64,000 nucleotides of DNA from Candidatus Latescibacterota bacterium (GCA_965223905.1 CBDCXV010000010.1:608001-672000); one strand, 5' to 3'. Shown: positions 51,699-62,510, counted from the stretch's first letter. Numbers and translations are program-made. The notes: generated by a model from the letters alone, not told the origin.

Positions 51699-52547
51699 GT
51701 GAGCAAGAGTTTCTGGGATTCCACCCCACGCCATTTCCCCACCCAGGAGGAGTTGGCGGCCCTCGACAGGGACCTGCGGTTTCACCCCGCGCCGGCTACC
51801 GCCGGGGAGAAGCTGAGCCCCGGGCAGCTGGAGTCCTACAACCGCGAGGGGTACCTGCTGCCGTTCCGGGTGTTCCCGGAGGGCGAGATCGGACAGTTCC
51901 GCGCCCATGTCGACGGCTGGCTCGAGGAGACGCAGCGCCAGGGGGCCGACAGCTACTCGATCGTTTCGGCGCACATGAAGCACGGCATCGTCTGGGACCT
52001 CCTCAGGGACCGGCGCATCACCGCCTTTGTCGGCGACATCCTCGGCGGGGACTTCATCTGCTGGGGCGCCCACTTCTTCTGCAAGATGCCGGGCGACGGC
52101 AAGCGCGTCTCCTGGCACCAGGACGCCAGCTACTGGCCCCTGAGCCCCTCGAAGACGGTCTCCGTCTGGCTCGCCGTGGACAGGGCCGACCGCGAAAACG
52201 CCTGCATGCAGTTCGTCGCCGGCTCCCATCTTCACGGCCACCTCGATTTCATCCGCAGCGCCGAGTCGGAGGCCAACATCCTCAACCAGACCGTCCCGGA
52301 GGCGGAACGCTTCGGGCACGGGGTCGTCGACGTCGAGCTCGAAGCGGGAGAGATATCCCTGCACTCCGACCTGCTGCTGCACGGCTCGGCGCCGAACCTG
52401 TCCGACCGCCGCCGCTGCGGCCTCACCCTGCGCTACGCCGCCACCGAGGTGCGCGCCGAGTACAACTGGAACTCCGAGGGAGTCGTCGTCAGCGGCAGCG
52501 ACCCGAGCGGACACTGGGCCGATCCGCCGCGCCCCGAGATCGACTGA
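51699..52547 (+). CDS. PhyH-family Fe(II)/2-oxoglutarate dioxygenase
   Basis: WHQDASYW, VWLA.D, GSH, LLHGS.PN.S.RRR.GLTLRY. Confidence 0.92.
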   Translation: MSKSFWDSTPRHFPTQEELAALDRDLRFHPAPATAGEKLSPGQLESYNREGYLLPFRVFPEGEIGQFRAHVDGWLEETQRQGADSYSIVSAHMKHGIVWDLLRDRRITAFVGDILGGDFICWGAHFFCKMPGDGKRVSWHQDASYWPLSPSKTVSVWLAVDRADRENACMQFVAGSHLHGHLDFIRSAESEANILNQTVPEAERFGHGVVDVELEAGEISLHSDLLLHGSAPNLSDRRRCGLTLRYAATEVRAEYNWNSEGVVVSGSDPSGHWADPPRPEID

Positions 52548-52554
52548 GACACCC

Positions 52555-54037
52555 GTGAAACGTGTCCTCATCGCCGGCCTCTACGAGGAGGTCGGCAGCT
52601 TCAACCCCCTGCTGACGCGCTACGAGGATTTCCAGATCCGCCGCGGCCGGGAGATCCTCGACCAGCTGCGCGGCACCGACAGCGCCACCGCCGGCGGCAT
52701 CGCCGTGCTCCAAGCCCGCGACGACATCGAGCTGGTGCCGACCGTCCACGCCTTTCGCGACGCAACCGGGGGGCCGGTCGCCGCGGACGACCTCGAGCGC
52801 CTGCTCGGGGAGATCCTCGCTTCCGTGCGCGACCATGCCGACGCCGACGGCGCCTTCCTCTTCCTGCACGGAGCCATGGCCGGGGTCGGCGAGGACGATC
52901 CGGAGGGCTGGTTGGCCGCGGGAGTTCGCGAGATCCTCGGCCCCGGAAAGCCGATCACGGCGCCGATGGACCTGCACGCCATCCTCACCCCGCGGCTGCT
53001 CGACAGCATCGACGTCGTCAACCTGCTGCTGACCTACCCCCACACCGACATGGTCTCCACGGGGGAGCGGGCGGCGCGCAACCTCCTGCGCCTCCTCGAC
53101 GGCGAGGTGAAACCGGCAACCGCATGCATTCAGCTGCCGATGCTGGTGCGCGGCGACGAGCTCATCACCGCGACCGGCCTCTTCGGAGAAGCGATCCGGC
53201 ACTGCGAGATGCTGGAGAAAACCGGGGCCTGCCTGGCCGCGGGGGTCAACATCGGCAACCCGTTCACGGACGTTCCCGACCTGCGCTCCAACGTGCTCGT
53301 CACCACGGACAACCACCCGCAGCGGGCGCGGCGGGAGGCGCTGCGGCTCGCCCGCTTCATGTGGCGCCACCGCGGCGACATGCAGGCCGCCTTGACCCCT
53401 CTGCCGGAGGCGATCCGCCTCGCCGAAGGGACCGGAGGGCTCACCGTGTTCTCCGACGCCGCCGACTCGACCGCTTCAGGGGCGCCCGGGGACAGCAACG
53501 CCGTCCTCCGGGGGCTGTTCGAGCACCGCTTATTCGAAGCGCGCCCTGGTTCCCATCGTCGACGCCCCGGCCGTCGCCATGGCCGCGGAAGCCGGTGTCG
53601 GCGCTGCCCTGACGCTGCCGCTCGGGGGGACGATCGACAGCGAGCGCCACACCCCGTTCGAGGTCGAAGCGAGGGTGGTGAGCCTCGGCGACGGCAACTT
53701 CACCTACGAAGGGGGAATCCCGGGGGAGGCCGGCCTCACCGCGGTTCTCGCCGCGGGCAGGCACCGCGTCATGGTCACCGAAAGAGCGGTGATGTGGGTG
53801 GGCCGCCGCGTCTTCCAGGCCCAGGGACTGGAGCCGCTCGATTTCGACCTGGTGGTTTGCAAGTCCCCGAACGGCTTCCGCGTCCACTACGAGTCCATCG
53901 CTTCCCGCATCGTCGCCGTCGACCTGCCGGGAGGCACCAGCGCCAACCTCAAGTCGCTCCCCTACCGGCGCATCTCGCGGCCTATGTACCCCCTCGACGA
54001 GGATGCAGATCCGCCGCCCGAGCTCGGCGGCGACTGA
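52555..54037 (+). CDS. M81-family metallopeptidase (MlrC-like); +1 frameshift near 53531
   Basis: E..SFNP, LHGAM, DLHA, YPHTD, D.ADS...GA.GD; C-terminal VVCKS...F in ORF 53579..54037. Confidence 0.88.
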
Positions 54038-54115
54038 CTTTCCCCGAGCCGTATTCGACGACACCGGGCGATTGCCCCCGGCCTCCCTTGAATGCGGCTG
54101 GGGCCGCCCCACATG

Positions 54116-54150
54116 AAAAAGGCGCGTCCCGAAGATGAGACGCGCCTTTT
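54116..54150. terminator. Bidirectional rho-independent terminator between convergent genes
   Basis: aaaaaggcgcgtc-loop-gacgcgcctttt. Confidence 0.8.
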
Positions 54151-54256
54151 CCGCGTTTACCTGTCCCGTCCCGCTGTGTGAAAACCGCTGCCCGCCTCGG
54201 GCGCCTGCCGCTCGAGGCGGCGCCTTGCCGGCGACAGGGTCTTCCGGTGGTGCCGG

Positions 54257-55165
54257 CTACGATTTGGCCGGCACTACCTCCCAGCGGTGATGCCTGGCGC
54301 CCCTGGCCGCCTCAGCTGCCAGGGCCTCTGCCCACATCCGCGCCCACTCGCCGTGATCGGTCAGCACCGAGTCCGGGTTCGAGCGGCTGCGCACCACGAA
54401 GTCCGGGTAGAACGGGCGCCCGGTCGGGGTGCCGGTCTTCTGGTATCGCAGGTCCATGCTCCAGCGCACCGTGTCGGTGTTGTTCGGGGTCGAGCGATGG
54501 GGGATCTCCTTGCTCATCAACAGCAGGTCCCCCTTCTCCATCGGCAGGGTCAGCGGTTCGACGTCGGGCATCGCCTCTTCGGCGATCACCGTCCCCCTGC
54601 CCTGGATGGTCTCGTGTTTCCACAGCCCGGTCTTGTGCACCCTGGGGATGATCTGGAGACAGCCGTTTTCCGGCGTCGCCGGGACCATCGGCAGCCATAC
54701 CGTCAGGATGAAGTGGGGATCCGCCTCTTCCCAGGTGACGCCGGCGTCCTGGTGCCAGGGCGCCACGTGGCCGTCCCCCATCTTGGTGGTGCCGTGCGGC
54801 AGCTTGCCGCGGATGTGCTGGATCGGGCTGCAAGTGATCTCCGGCCCGACGATGGGTTCGACGAGACCCAGCAGGTTGTCGTTGAGCAGAAATTCGAACG
54901 ACGCCTTCCCCCGCAGCCGGTATATGTCGAGGTCGTCGTAGATCTCCGCGCACTGGTCGTTGATCAGGGCGAGCCGCTTGTCGAACGGGGCATCGGCGTG
55001 CGGATCCCCGATCTTCCCCTCTGCCAGCAGCTCGTTCGCCCGCCGGTCGATGTGCGCCTCGTACTCCTCGATCACGGGGTCGATGTCGCTGTCCGAGAGG
55101 GCGCCCCGCAGCAGCAGGAAGCCGTCGTTGTCGAACATCTTCAGTTGTTCTTCGGTCAGTCCCAT
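54257..55165 (-). CDS. PhyH-family Fe(II)/2-oxoglutarate dioxygenase
   Basis: PWHQDAG, VWLP, NGCL, PHRSTPN, RWSMDLRY. Confidence 0.92.
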   Translation of the reverse strand: MGLTEEQLKMFDNDGFLLLRGALSDSDIDPVIEEYEAHIDRRANELLAEGKIGDPHADAPFDKRLALINDQCAEIYDDLDIYRLRGKASFEFLLNDNLLGLVEPIVGPEITCSPIQHIRGKLPHGTTKMGDGHVAPWHQDAGVTWEEADPHFILTVWLPMVPATPENGCLQIIPRVHKTGLWKHETIQGRGTVIAEEAMPDVEPLTLPMEKGDLLLMSKEIPHRSTPNNTDTVRWSMDLRYQKTGTPTGRPFYPDFVVRSRSNPDSVLTDHGEWARMWAEALAAEAARGARHHRWEVVPAKS

Positions 55166-55406
55166 GTCAGCGCTCCGATTTTGTGAAGGGTGCTTTCTCA
55201 AAGGTGCCACTTGGAGGGGAAGTCATCAAGAATTCGCGTCGATACTCGCGATTCCTGTTCCTATTCAATTTCCTGATTATGTCATATTTTCCGGCGCCTT
55301 ATACCCACCAGGGCAACATACGACCGATGACCGGCACCCGACTTATGGGCCGTGCAACAGGCGGGCGGAGTCGGATTCCCCAATTAGTTCAGTTAGAGCG
55401 AAAACA

Positions 55407-58406
55407 ATGACCACCCCTACGATATTCGAAACATGCCGGCCGCGCGCGGATGTTCTCGAGGGAGCGATTTCCGAGGACTTCGCTGCGGATCTCGCCCAAG
55501 TTATCACCGGCTCGGGAAATGTCGAATACCTCGACCCGGCACGTTTCTTCTCCACCACCTATCCCACAAGGGGCCTCAGAAACCTGCTCGCCAACGTGTG
55601 CCGGAGGCTGACCGGTGCCGGCGGTGAGGTGGCATCGATCTTCCGGCTGGACACTTCCTACGGGGGTGGCAAAACCCACGGACTGATAGCGTTGTGCCAT
55701 GCCGCCCGGGGCATGCAGGGTGTGTCGAATGTTCCTGAGTTCGTCGACCCTTCCCTGCTTCCGGGGGGAAACGTCCGCATCGCCGCATTCGATGGGGAAA
55801 ACGCGGACCCGGCCAACGGCAGGGCCATGGGCGACGGCATTTTGGCCCACACACCCTGGGGTGAGATCGCGTACGCGCTGGCCGGCAAGGATGGGTACGA
55901 GAGGGTGCGCAATAGCGATGAAAGCCGCATTTCCCCGGGAGCCGAGACCTTGCGCGAGCTGTTCGGCGGCGAGCCGACACTGATTTTGCTCGACGAGCTT
56001 TCGGTTTACCTGCGCAAGGTGAGAAACCTCGCGGACGCCCGTGATCAGTTGACGGCCTTCCTGACCTCGTTGTTCAAGGCCGTCGAAAGCGCGCCAAAGG
56101 CCGCCCTCGTCTATACACTTGCCATCGGAAAAGACGGACGGGCTACCGATGCCTACAGCGATGAAAATCAGTTCATCGCCGATCACATGGCGGAAGCAGA
56201 AAGCGTCTCCGCGCGCAAGGCGACCCTGTTGAATCCTACCGAGGAAGACGAGACGGTTCAGGTGCTCCGCCGCCGACTGTTCGAATCGGTTGATGACACC
56301 AGGATTTCGGCGGTCACGGATGCCTACCGGGATCTCTGGGCGGCCAACAGGGAATCTCTGGCGGATGATGCCGCACGGCCCGGGACCATCGAGACCTTTC
56401 TTTCGAGTTACCCACTGCATCCGGAAGTTCTGGAGACCCTGAGAGGCAAGACCGCAACGCTCGGCAATTTCCAGCGAGTGCGCGGCATGCTGCGACTACT
56501 TGCCCGCACGATCTCCCATCTTTGGGAAGAGAAGCCCGGGGACGCGACCGCCATTCATCTTCACCATATTGATCCGGGCTACGAGCCGATCCGCCAGGAG
56601 ATCGTGACCCGCCTCGGACAGTCCGCCTATGTGCCGGCCATTTTGAACGACGTAGCCTCCGGGGGCGAGAAGAAGGCGTTGGCGCAGGAGATCGACAGTG
56701 CACATCACAGCGGCCTGCCGCCCTACGCGGTCTATGTCGCCCGCACCATCTTCATGCACACGCTCGCCTTCAACGAGCCGCTGAAGGGGATCCCGCCGAA
56801 ACAGTTGCTCTATTCTGTTTTGGGTCCAACCACGGACGTCAGCTTTATCGACGAGGCGCGGAAAAAGTTCATCGCCGAATCCGCATATCTCGACGACCGC
56901 CCCGGCGCTCCGATGCGTTTTCTGGCCGAGGCCAATCTGGTTCAGATCATCCGCCGCGAGGAGCGCCACGTCGACGCCGCGGAAGCGCGCGCTCAGCAAA
57001 ATGACCGCATCCGTGAGATATTCGGCGGAAAGACGTTCGAGACCGTGTCATTCCCGGGAGGGCCGTTCGACATCCCAGACGAGGTTGCCGATGGCCGGCC
57101 GAAACTCGTGGTCCTGGCCTATGACGCGGTGACTATCGGCAGTTCGGTCGAGAACGTACCCGAGTTGATCGAGCGGATTTTCGCGCGGAAAGGCTCGGAG
57201 GGTTCAGCCTTGAGAGCGCTTCGAAACAGCCTGGTGTTCGTGGTCGCCGACGACGCACGCAAGGAGGAGATGCGCCGCAAGACCCATCATCGTTTGGCGC
57301 TGCGGGAACTGAAAAAGCCGGACCGCCTCATCGATCTGGCGGAGCACCAGCAGGACCGGGTGCGCGAGATGGAAGCCCGATCCGAGCAGGAACTTGCGAT
57401 CGCCATTCAGCAGTGCTACCGGCACGTTTTCTATCCTTCCCGAAACCGGGTAGGCACCAGTGACGTCGATCTGGCCCACTCCGCTATCGACGTCCATTCC
57501 GCCTCCGATAAGCCCGGCGCAGGCCAGCAACAGATAGTTAGGGCATTGCGAGACCTGGGGAAGCTGCGCCTCCCCGAGGACGAGCCGGACTCCCCAGCCT
57601 ATGTGCGGGACCGAACCCCACTCAAGAAAGGGCAAATCACCACGCTGTCGCTGCGCGATGAGTTCCGGCGCGATCCGGCACTGCCCATCCTGATCGGTGA
57701 CGATATCTTCATCCGCGGCGTCCGGCTAGGAATCGACCAGGGGGAATACGTCTATCAAAGGGGAGAATTGCTTTTCGGCCCGGCAGATCCATCGGCCAGC
57801 ATTCTGATCGACGAGCAGTCCCTGATCTTTACCATGGCGTACGCCAGGAATGCGGGCTTCTGGCCGCGCAAGCCCGAGCCGGCGACCAAACCTCCGGAAC
57901 CACCTGAGCCCCCCGAGCCGCCGGAGCCACCCTCCCTACCTGAGCCACCGACCTCAGAAATCGGATCCTATACGGCCGAGGGTATCCTCAGAGAGGCATT
58001 GGTCCGACTGTGGGAGCAGGCCCGGGCCGACGATGTCGACCGGATCGGGGTCCTGACCATCCGCATGTTCGAAGCCGGCGACGCCTTCCGTCTTCTCGGC
58101 GCCGTGGGGGCCGTATCCGGCGCCGACAAGATCGTCACCTTCACGGGCGGCTACGAAACTAGGCACGGGGCCTCCTTCGTACTCGACCAGTTCCGAGGCC
58201 CGGTGACGGATGCTCAGCCCGTGAGGGAATTCCTGGAGCCGCAGTTGCGCGACGCCGCTTCCAACGACCTTCAAGCGGGGTTCGAGTTGACCTTCGCCGA
58301 CGGTCTCTCCATGAAGGGAGACGCGGCAGAGAAGCTCACCGAGCGGCTCTCGCGCTACGCGAGCGGGGCCGCGTACGTGTCCGCCGCGGCCGAGGCACGG
58401 ACCTGA
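55407..58406 (+). CDS. DUF499 P-loop ATPase (BrxC-related) of a restriction-like defence system
   Basis: PRADVL, FAADL, FF..TYPT.GL, Walker A TSYGGGKTH, Walker B LLDEL, RRRLF, YPLHP, FQRVRG.LRLLA. Confidence 0.9.
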   Translation: MTTPTIFETCRPRADVLEGAISEDFAADLAQVITGSGNVEYLDPARFFSTTYPTRGLRNLLANVCRRLTGAGGEVASIFRLDTSYGGGKTHGLIALCHAARGMQGVSNVPEFVDPSLLPGGNVRIAAFDGENADPANGRAMGDGILAHTPWGEIAYALAGKDGYERVRNSDESRISPGAETLRELFGGEPTLILLDELSVYLRKVRNLADARDQLTAFLTSLFKAVESAPKAALVYTLAIGKDGRATDAYSDENQFIADHMAEAESVSARKATLLNPTEEDETVQVLRRRLFESVDDTRISAVTDAYRDLWAANRESLADDAARPGTIETFLSSYPLHPEVLETLRGKTATLGNFQRVRGMLRLLARTISHLWEEKPGDATAIHLHHIDPGYEPIRQEIVTRLGQSAYVPAILNDVASGGEKKALAQEIDSAHHSGLPPYAVYVARTIFMHTLAFNEPLKGIPPKQLLYSVLGPTTDVSFIDEARKKFIAESAYLDDRPGAPMRFLAEANLVQIIRREERHVDAAEARAQQNDRIREIFGGKTFETVSFPGGPFDIPDEVADGRPKLVVLAYDAVTIGSSVENVPELIERIFARKGSEGSALRALRNSLVFVVADDARKEEMRRKTHHRLALRELKKPDRLIDLAEHQQDRVREMEARSEQELAIAIQQCYRHVFYPSRNRVGTSDVDLAHSAIDVHSASDKPGAGQQQIVRALRDLGKLRLPEDEPDSPAYVRDRTPLKKGQITTLSLRDEFRRDPALPILIGDDIFIRGVRLGIDQGEYVYQRGELLFGPADPSASILIDEQSLIFTMAYARNAGFWPRKPEPATKPPEPPEPPEPPEPPSLPEPPTSEIGSYTAEGILREALVRLWEQARADDVDRIGVLTIRMFEAGDAFRLLGAVGAVSGADKIVTFTGGYETRHGASFVLDQFRGPVTDAQPVREFLEPQLRDAASNDLQAGFELTFADGLSMKGDAAEKLTERLSRYASGAAYVSAAAEART
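57873..57950 (+). repeat. Pro-Glu (PEP) low-complexity linker repeat inside the DUF499 gene
   Basis: Encodes PEPATKPPEPPEPPEPPEPPSLPEPP. Confidence 0.8.
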
Positions 58407-58409
58407 GAG

Positions 58410-58904
58410 ATGGCACGGCTCAAGAGATTTGTCCAGATCGACAGGCCGGCCTCCGCGCCCCGGTACGAACTGCGCGTGCGCAGTACCGGCCTGACCGAGG
58501 CCGAATACGAGATCTGGCAGATGCCTTCCCAAGCTACCCCTCAGGTGACCTGTCCCCTGCGGGTGGCGGGGCTTCGCGGGCGCAACCTCGAGCTGGTCGA
58601 GCACCGGGTGCTGAAGCGGCTTTCCCGGTCCGGCGTCAAGCTCTCCGGCGGGGCTGGCGCCAGCAAAAACGGCTACGCCCTCAGCGAAGACCTGGCGCTG
58701 ACCCTGGGGCTGTTGTTCCGAACCCTGGCGCCCATGCGAAGCCGCGACAACATGCGGGCAGTGGCAGAAGGGATCGAGGCAATGGAACACGAGGAGGCCG
58801 CGTACTGGCTCGGCATGGCAATGCATCGGAAGCAACCGCGCCGGGTGCTGACCGCCTTGCGCTTCCTTCTGACCGAGCCCAGGCGAGCAGAAGGGCGATC
58901 ATGA
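58410..58904 (+). CDS. Small accessory protein of the DUF499/DUF1156 system (occupies the DUF3780-type position)
   Basis: Starts 3 nt after the DUF499 gene; helical C-terminus EEAAYWLG..MHR...RRVL.ALR.LL. Confidence 0.65.
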   Translation: MARLKRFVQIDRPASAPRYELRVRSTGLTEAEYEIWQMPSQATPQVTCPLRVAGLRGRNLELVEHRVLKRLSRSGVKLSGGAGASKNGYALSEDLALTLGLLFRTLAPMRSRDNMRAVAEGIEAMEHEEAAYWLGMAMHRKQPRRVLTALRFLLTEPRRAEGRS

Positions 58905-60010
58905 TGAATACAGAAGCTGCTGAGCAGTCCATCGAGATCGAAGAACCTGAGGGCTTGGAGGAAGGCGCGTCGTGGGGAGACTACCCGCTCGACGAAATGC
59001 TGATACGCAACGACCACCGGACCGTTCGCGACGTCCTGCACCGCATCGATCAGGGTCGCTACGTGATGAACCCCGACTTCCAGCGCGGTTTCATCTGGCC
59101 CGAGGACAAGCAGAGCAAGCTGGTTGAATCGGTGGTCATGCGCATTCCGTTGCCGGTCTTTTACATGGCGGAGGATTCCGAGGGCCGGATGGTGGTGGTA
59201 GACGGCCTGCAGCGCCTGTCCACGTTCAAACGCTTCGTCGGCGGCGAGCTCAAGCTCCGACTGCCGGACCGCCCCGAGCTGAACGGCCAACGCTTTGCCG
59301 ACTTGCCGCCGAAGTTTCAGAATCGCGTCGAGGACTGCAACCTGATCTTCTACATCATCGACTCGAAGGCGCCTGAGCGTGCCCGGCTGGACATCTTCGA
59401 GCGCGTCAACGGCGGTCTCCAATTGACGCGGCAGCAAATGCGCAACTGCCTCTACATGGGAAAGGCGACGCAATTCCTCAGAGACGAGGCGCAGGCCGAG
59501 ATGTTCCGCACGGCGACGGGCGCCAGCCTGAATCCGTCGACCATGCGGGATCGCGAGTTCGTGAACCGCTTCTGCGCATTTCAGGTACTTGGCGCCGACC
59601 AATACCAACGCGGCGACATGGACGTTTTTCTTGCCCGCTGCCTGATACGCATGAACGAGATGAACGACACGGAATTGTCCGAACTCTCCGCGACATTCCA
59701 TCGCGGCCTCGCCAACAATTTTCAGCTCTTCGAACGTAACGCCTTTCGCAAGCGCAAGCCCGAGCAGGAAAAGAGAAGCGTGCTCAACGCATCCCTTTGG
59801 GATGTGATGAGCACGGGGCTGTCGCACCACTCGGAGTCGCAGGTCGAAGCACAGGCCGATGAACTGCGCGAGGCCGTGTACGGCTTGTTGCGGAACGAGG
59901 AGTTCAACACCGCCATCACCTATGGCCCGAACGATCCGAAAAAGGTGAAGACGCGATTCGACATGGCCCGGACGGCGCTGCGGGAGGTGCTCGGTGATCA
60001 CGCGGATTGA
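58901..60010 (+). CDS. DUF262 (GmrS/ParB-like) protein, Menshen NsnA-like
   Basis: PDFQRGFIW, SKLVES..MRIPLP, VDGLQRL, IFERVN.G, RN. Confidence 0.9.
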   Translation: MMNTEAAEQSIEIEEPEGLEEGASWGDYPLDEMLIRNDHRTVRDVLHRIDQGRYVMNPDFQRGFIWPEDKQSKLVESVVMRIPLPVFYMAEDSEGRMVVVDGLQRLSTFKRFVGGELKLRLPDRPELNGQRFADLPPKFQNRVEDCNLIFYIIDSKAPERARLDIFERVNGGLQLTRQQMRNCLYMGKATQFLRDEAQAEMFRTATGASLNPSTMRDREFVNRFCAFQVLGADQYQRGDMDVFLARCLIRMNEMNDTELSELSATFHRGLANNFQLFERNAFRKRKPEQEKRSVLNASLWDVMSTGLSHHSESQVEAQADELREAVYGLLRNEEFNTAITYGPNDPKKVKTRFDMARTALREVLGDHAD

Positions 60011-61154
60011 CCTGCGTCACTTCAAGTGCTTCGAGACACTCAGGCTGCCGTTGCGCCGACTCACGTTGCTGTCGGGCCTCAACGCCTCCGGCAAGTCGTC
60101 GGTGATGCAGGCGCTGGTTCTGCTGCATCAGACCATGCGCGAGCATGAGTGGTCGCGGCGGCTCATGCTCAATGGCGCCGCCCTTCGTCTGGGCGCCGTC
60201 AGGGATGTGATCGATCAGATCAGTGGAGGGCGCGGGTGCTCCCTGGCCCTCGAGGACGATGATGCAGGCTTGGTTGAATGGGAGTTCAGCGGCGAACAAG
60301 GCGCCATGTCGATGGCCGTTGTCCTCGTGCGGGCAACAGCGGAATGGCGGAGGGCCGATCCACAACCCTTGCAGTACCTGCTCCCCGAGGCTGTGGCGAA
60401 TTCGCCCGAGGGGGGTTCGCTGGCCAGGCGCCTGCAAGGTCTGACCTGGCTGGCCGCCGAACGCCTGGGACCGAGAGATCTGTATGCGCTGGACGATCCC
60501 GAGTTGACGCCCGTGGTCGGGCAGGCAGGCGAACACACAGCCAGCGTTCTCTACTCGGGCGCGGACGAGAGGATTGCCATCCCCCTGCTTGTGCAAGAGG
60601 TCGCGCCCACACTTCTTCGGCAGGTCGAAGCGCGAATGGGCGAGTTCTTTCCATGCTTCGGTATGGATCTGTCGCCGGTGGCGGGCGCCAATGCCGTCAC
60701 CCTGGGCGTGCGAACGTCGCGGGATACGGAGTTCCATCGGCCGGGCCATACCGGATTCGGCGTCACGCAGGTACTGCCGATCGTCGTCGCGGTTCTGGCC
60801 GCGAAACCCGACGACCTGCTGCTCATCGAGAACCCCGAGGTGCATCTGCATCCGGCCGGGCAGTCCAGGATGGGTGAATTCCTGGCCGCGGCCGCGAACG
60901 CCGGCCTGCAGGTGCTCATCGAGTCCCACAGCGACCATGTCCTCAATGGCATCCGGCGCGCTGTCAGAAACGGGATCCTCGATCCAGGCGACACCGCGCT
61001 GTACTTCTTCCGACCCCGCCACGAAGCCCAGACTTCGGGCGCGGCCCAGGTCGAGAGCCCGTCCATCGATGCCGACGGAAACATCGACACTTGGCCGGCC
61101 GGGTTCTTCGATCAGTTCGATCATGACATGAACGTCCTGGCCGGCTGGGACTGA
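59994..61154 (+). CDS. ABC-type AAA ATPase with C-terminal DUF3696, Menshen NsnB-like
   Basis: FKCF, GLNASGKSS, AERLGPR, GFGVTQVLP, IENPEVHLHP, IESHSDH, WPAGFFDQ. Confidence 0.9.
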   Translation: MITRIDLRHFKCFETLRLPLRRLTLLSGLNASGKSSVMQALVLLHQTMREHEWSRRLMLNGAALRLGAVRDVIDQISGGRGCSLALEDDDAGLVEWEFSGEQGAMSMAVVLVRATAEWRRADPQPLQYLLPEAVANSPEGGSLARRLQGLTWLAAERLGPRDLYALDDPELTPVVGQAGEHTASVLYSGADERIAIPLLVQEVAPTLLRQVEARMGEFFPCFGMDLSPVAGANAVTLGVRTSRDTEFHRPGHTGFGVTQVLPIVVAVLAAKPDDLLLIENPEVHLHPAGQSRMGEFLAAAANAGLQVLIESHSDHVLNGIRRAVRNGILDPGDTALYFFRPRHEAQTSGAAQVESPSIDADGNIDTWPAGFFDQFDHDMNVLAGWD

Positions 61155-61155
61155 C

Positions 61156-62115
61156 ATGGACCTGCTGGCCAACGACCTGTCGGTTCATGAGCAGTTCCAC
61201 GACCTGGCCGGATTCCGGGAGGCCCTGTCGCAACTGATGGCCATGCGTCGAGCGGCCAGACGCTTCGGCCGCGAAGTCCATTGCCACAGGACATTGCTCA
61301 ACAGGGCGCCGATTGCGGGCATGCCAATGCAGCAGGCGGTCGGCAAACTGGGTGTGGAGAGCCAGCGCCGCGCCGTCATGGTCTGGATGACGCGATCCGG
61401 TCCGTTCTGGGACGATGTGCGGCGGCACGGCGGGGATGACTGGCTGGAGTGCCAAGGCGAAGTCGCCACGGATACCGCCGTCGGGGAGGCAGCATTCAGA
61501 ACCATGCACGGGGCGGAATGCGGCCTGGTCAGTCTCGCGCCGTCCGATTGGTGCGAGTCCCCTCTTGAGGTGACCTGGCTTCGAGAAGGCGAGGGATTGC
61601 GCAACCGGGAAGGGGCGGTCGAGAACTGGTGGCGCACGGAAGCGCTGGAGGCGGCGCTGCGAGATCAAGCGCCGCCCCTTCGCTCGTGGAATGGTTTGCG
61701 GGAGGCTTCGAGCCGGTTCGGGCGCCTCACCTTCGCCGAGGATTGCTTTTCGCCGCTGGCAAGGGTTCCCTTCTCCAAGAACGCGGCCGACCGCCTTCTT
61801 TTCTTGCTCGACATTCTGGACCGTTTCGCGCGCGCCTTCGACGACCGCGGGGCACGCAATCCCGAAGGCCACCGCCTCCAGGCGGATTACTTCACGGGCG
61901 AGCGGGCCCTGTTTTCCGACTCATCGGATACCGAAAAACGGCAGTTCGAGAGTGGGTTGACCTTTGCCCATCCGGCCGACCCGGGGAAAACCCTGCCTTG
62001 CCCATGGCACGGCAAGGTTTCGCATCTGACGCTCCGCCTGCACTTTTCGTGGCCCGTCGAGGCAAACAAACCTGTTTATGTGGTGTACGCCGGCTCCAAG
62101 ATCACGAAGCGGTGA
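61156..62115 (+). CDS. Putative effector, Menshen NsnC-like; C-terminus resembles a RelE/ParE-type nuclease fold
   Basis: Starts 1 nt after the ATPase gene; N.LS N-terminus; C-terminal S.SS..E...F...CPWHGK.....RLHF.W....VYVVY.G.K. Confidence 0.6.
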   Translation: MDLLANDLSVHEQFHDLAGFREALSQLMAMRRAARRFGREVHCHRTLLNRAPIAGMPMQQAVGKLGVESQRRAVMVWMTRSGPFWDDVRRHGGDDWLECQGEVATDTAVGEAAFRTMHGAECGLVSLAPSDWCESPLEVTWLREGEGLRNREGAVENWWRTEALEAALRDQAPPLRSWNGLREASSRFGRLTFAEDCFSPLARVPFSKNAADRLLFLLDILDRFARAFDDRGARNPEGHRLQADYFTGERALFSDSSDTEKRQFESGLTFAHPADPGKTLPCPWHGKVSHLTLRLHFSWPVEANKPVYVVYAGSKITKR

Positions 62116-62510
62116 CGGCGCCGCCTGACATACGGGAGGTGGACGGGTTGCATGTATTGCAGGAGTGGGAGGGCTATGTGGTCAGTATCGAAGACGATGC
62201 CTTCGTGGCTCGGCTCGTCGATGTGACTGCTGGCAAGACATACGCAGACGAAGAAGCCATCATTCCTCTAGACCAAGTCTCCGAGCATGACGCCGCCAAC
62301 ATGGAGATAGGAAGTATCTTTCGCTGGGTGATCGGATACGAATTTTCGCCTGGGCAAACCCGCAAGTCGGTGTCGCGGATCGTTTTTCTCGACCTGGGCA
62401 GGATGACCGAAGACGACCTGCGGGCTGGCCGTGAGTGGGCGGACAAGATCGCGCGGGGAGCTCAATCCATGACGAGTACGGACCGCACCCTGCGTAATAT
62501 GCTGCCCTGA
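62112..62510 (+). CDS. Hypothetical small beta-rich protein (possible OB-like fold)
   Basis: GTGA overlap with the previous gene; LQEWEGYVVSI..DAFVARLVD...GSIFRWVIGY...RIVF. Confidence 0.6.
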   Translation: MTAPPDIREVDGLHVLQEWEGYVVSIEDDAFVARLVDVTAGKTYADEEAIIPLDQVSEHDAANMEIGSIFRWVIGYEFSPGQTRKSVSRIVFLDLGRMTEDDLRAGREWADKIARGAQSMTSTDRTLRNMLP

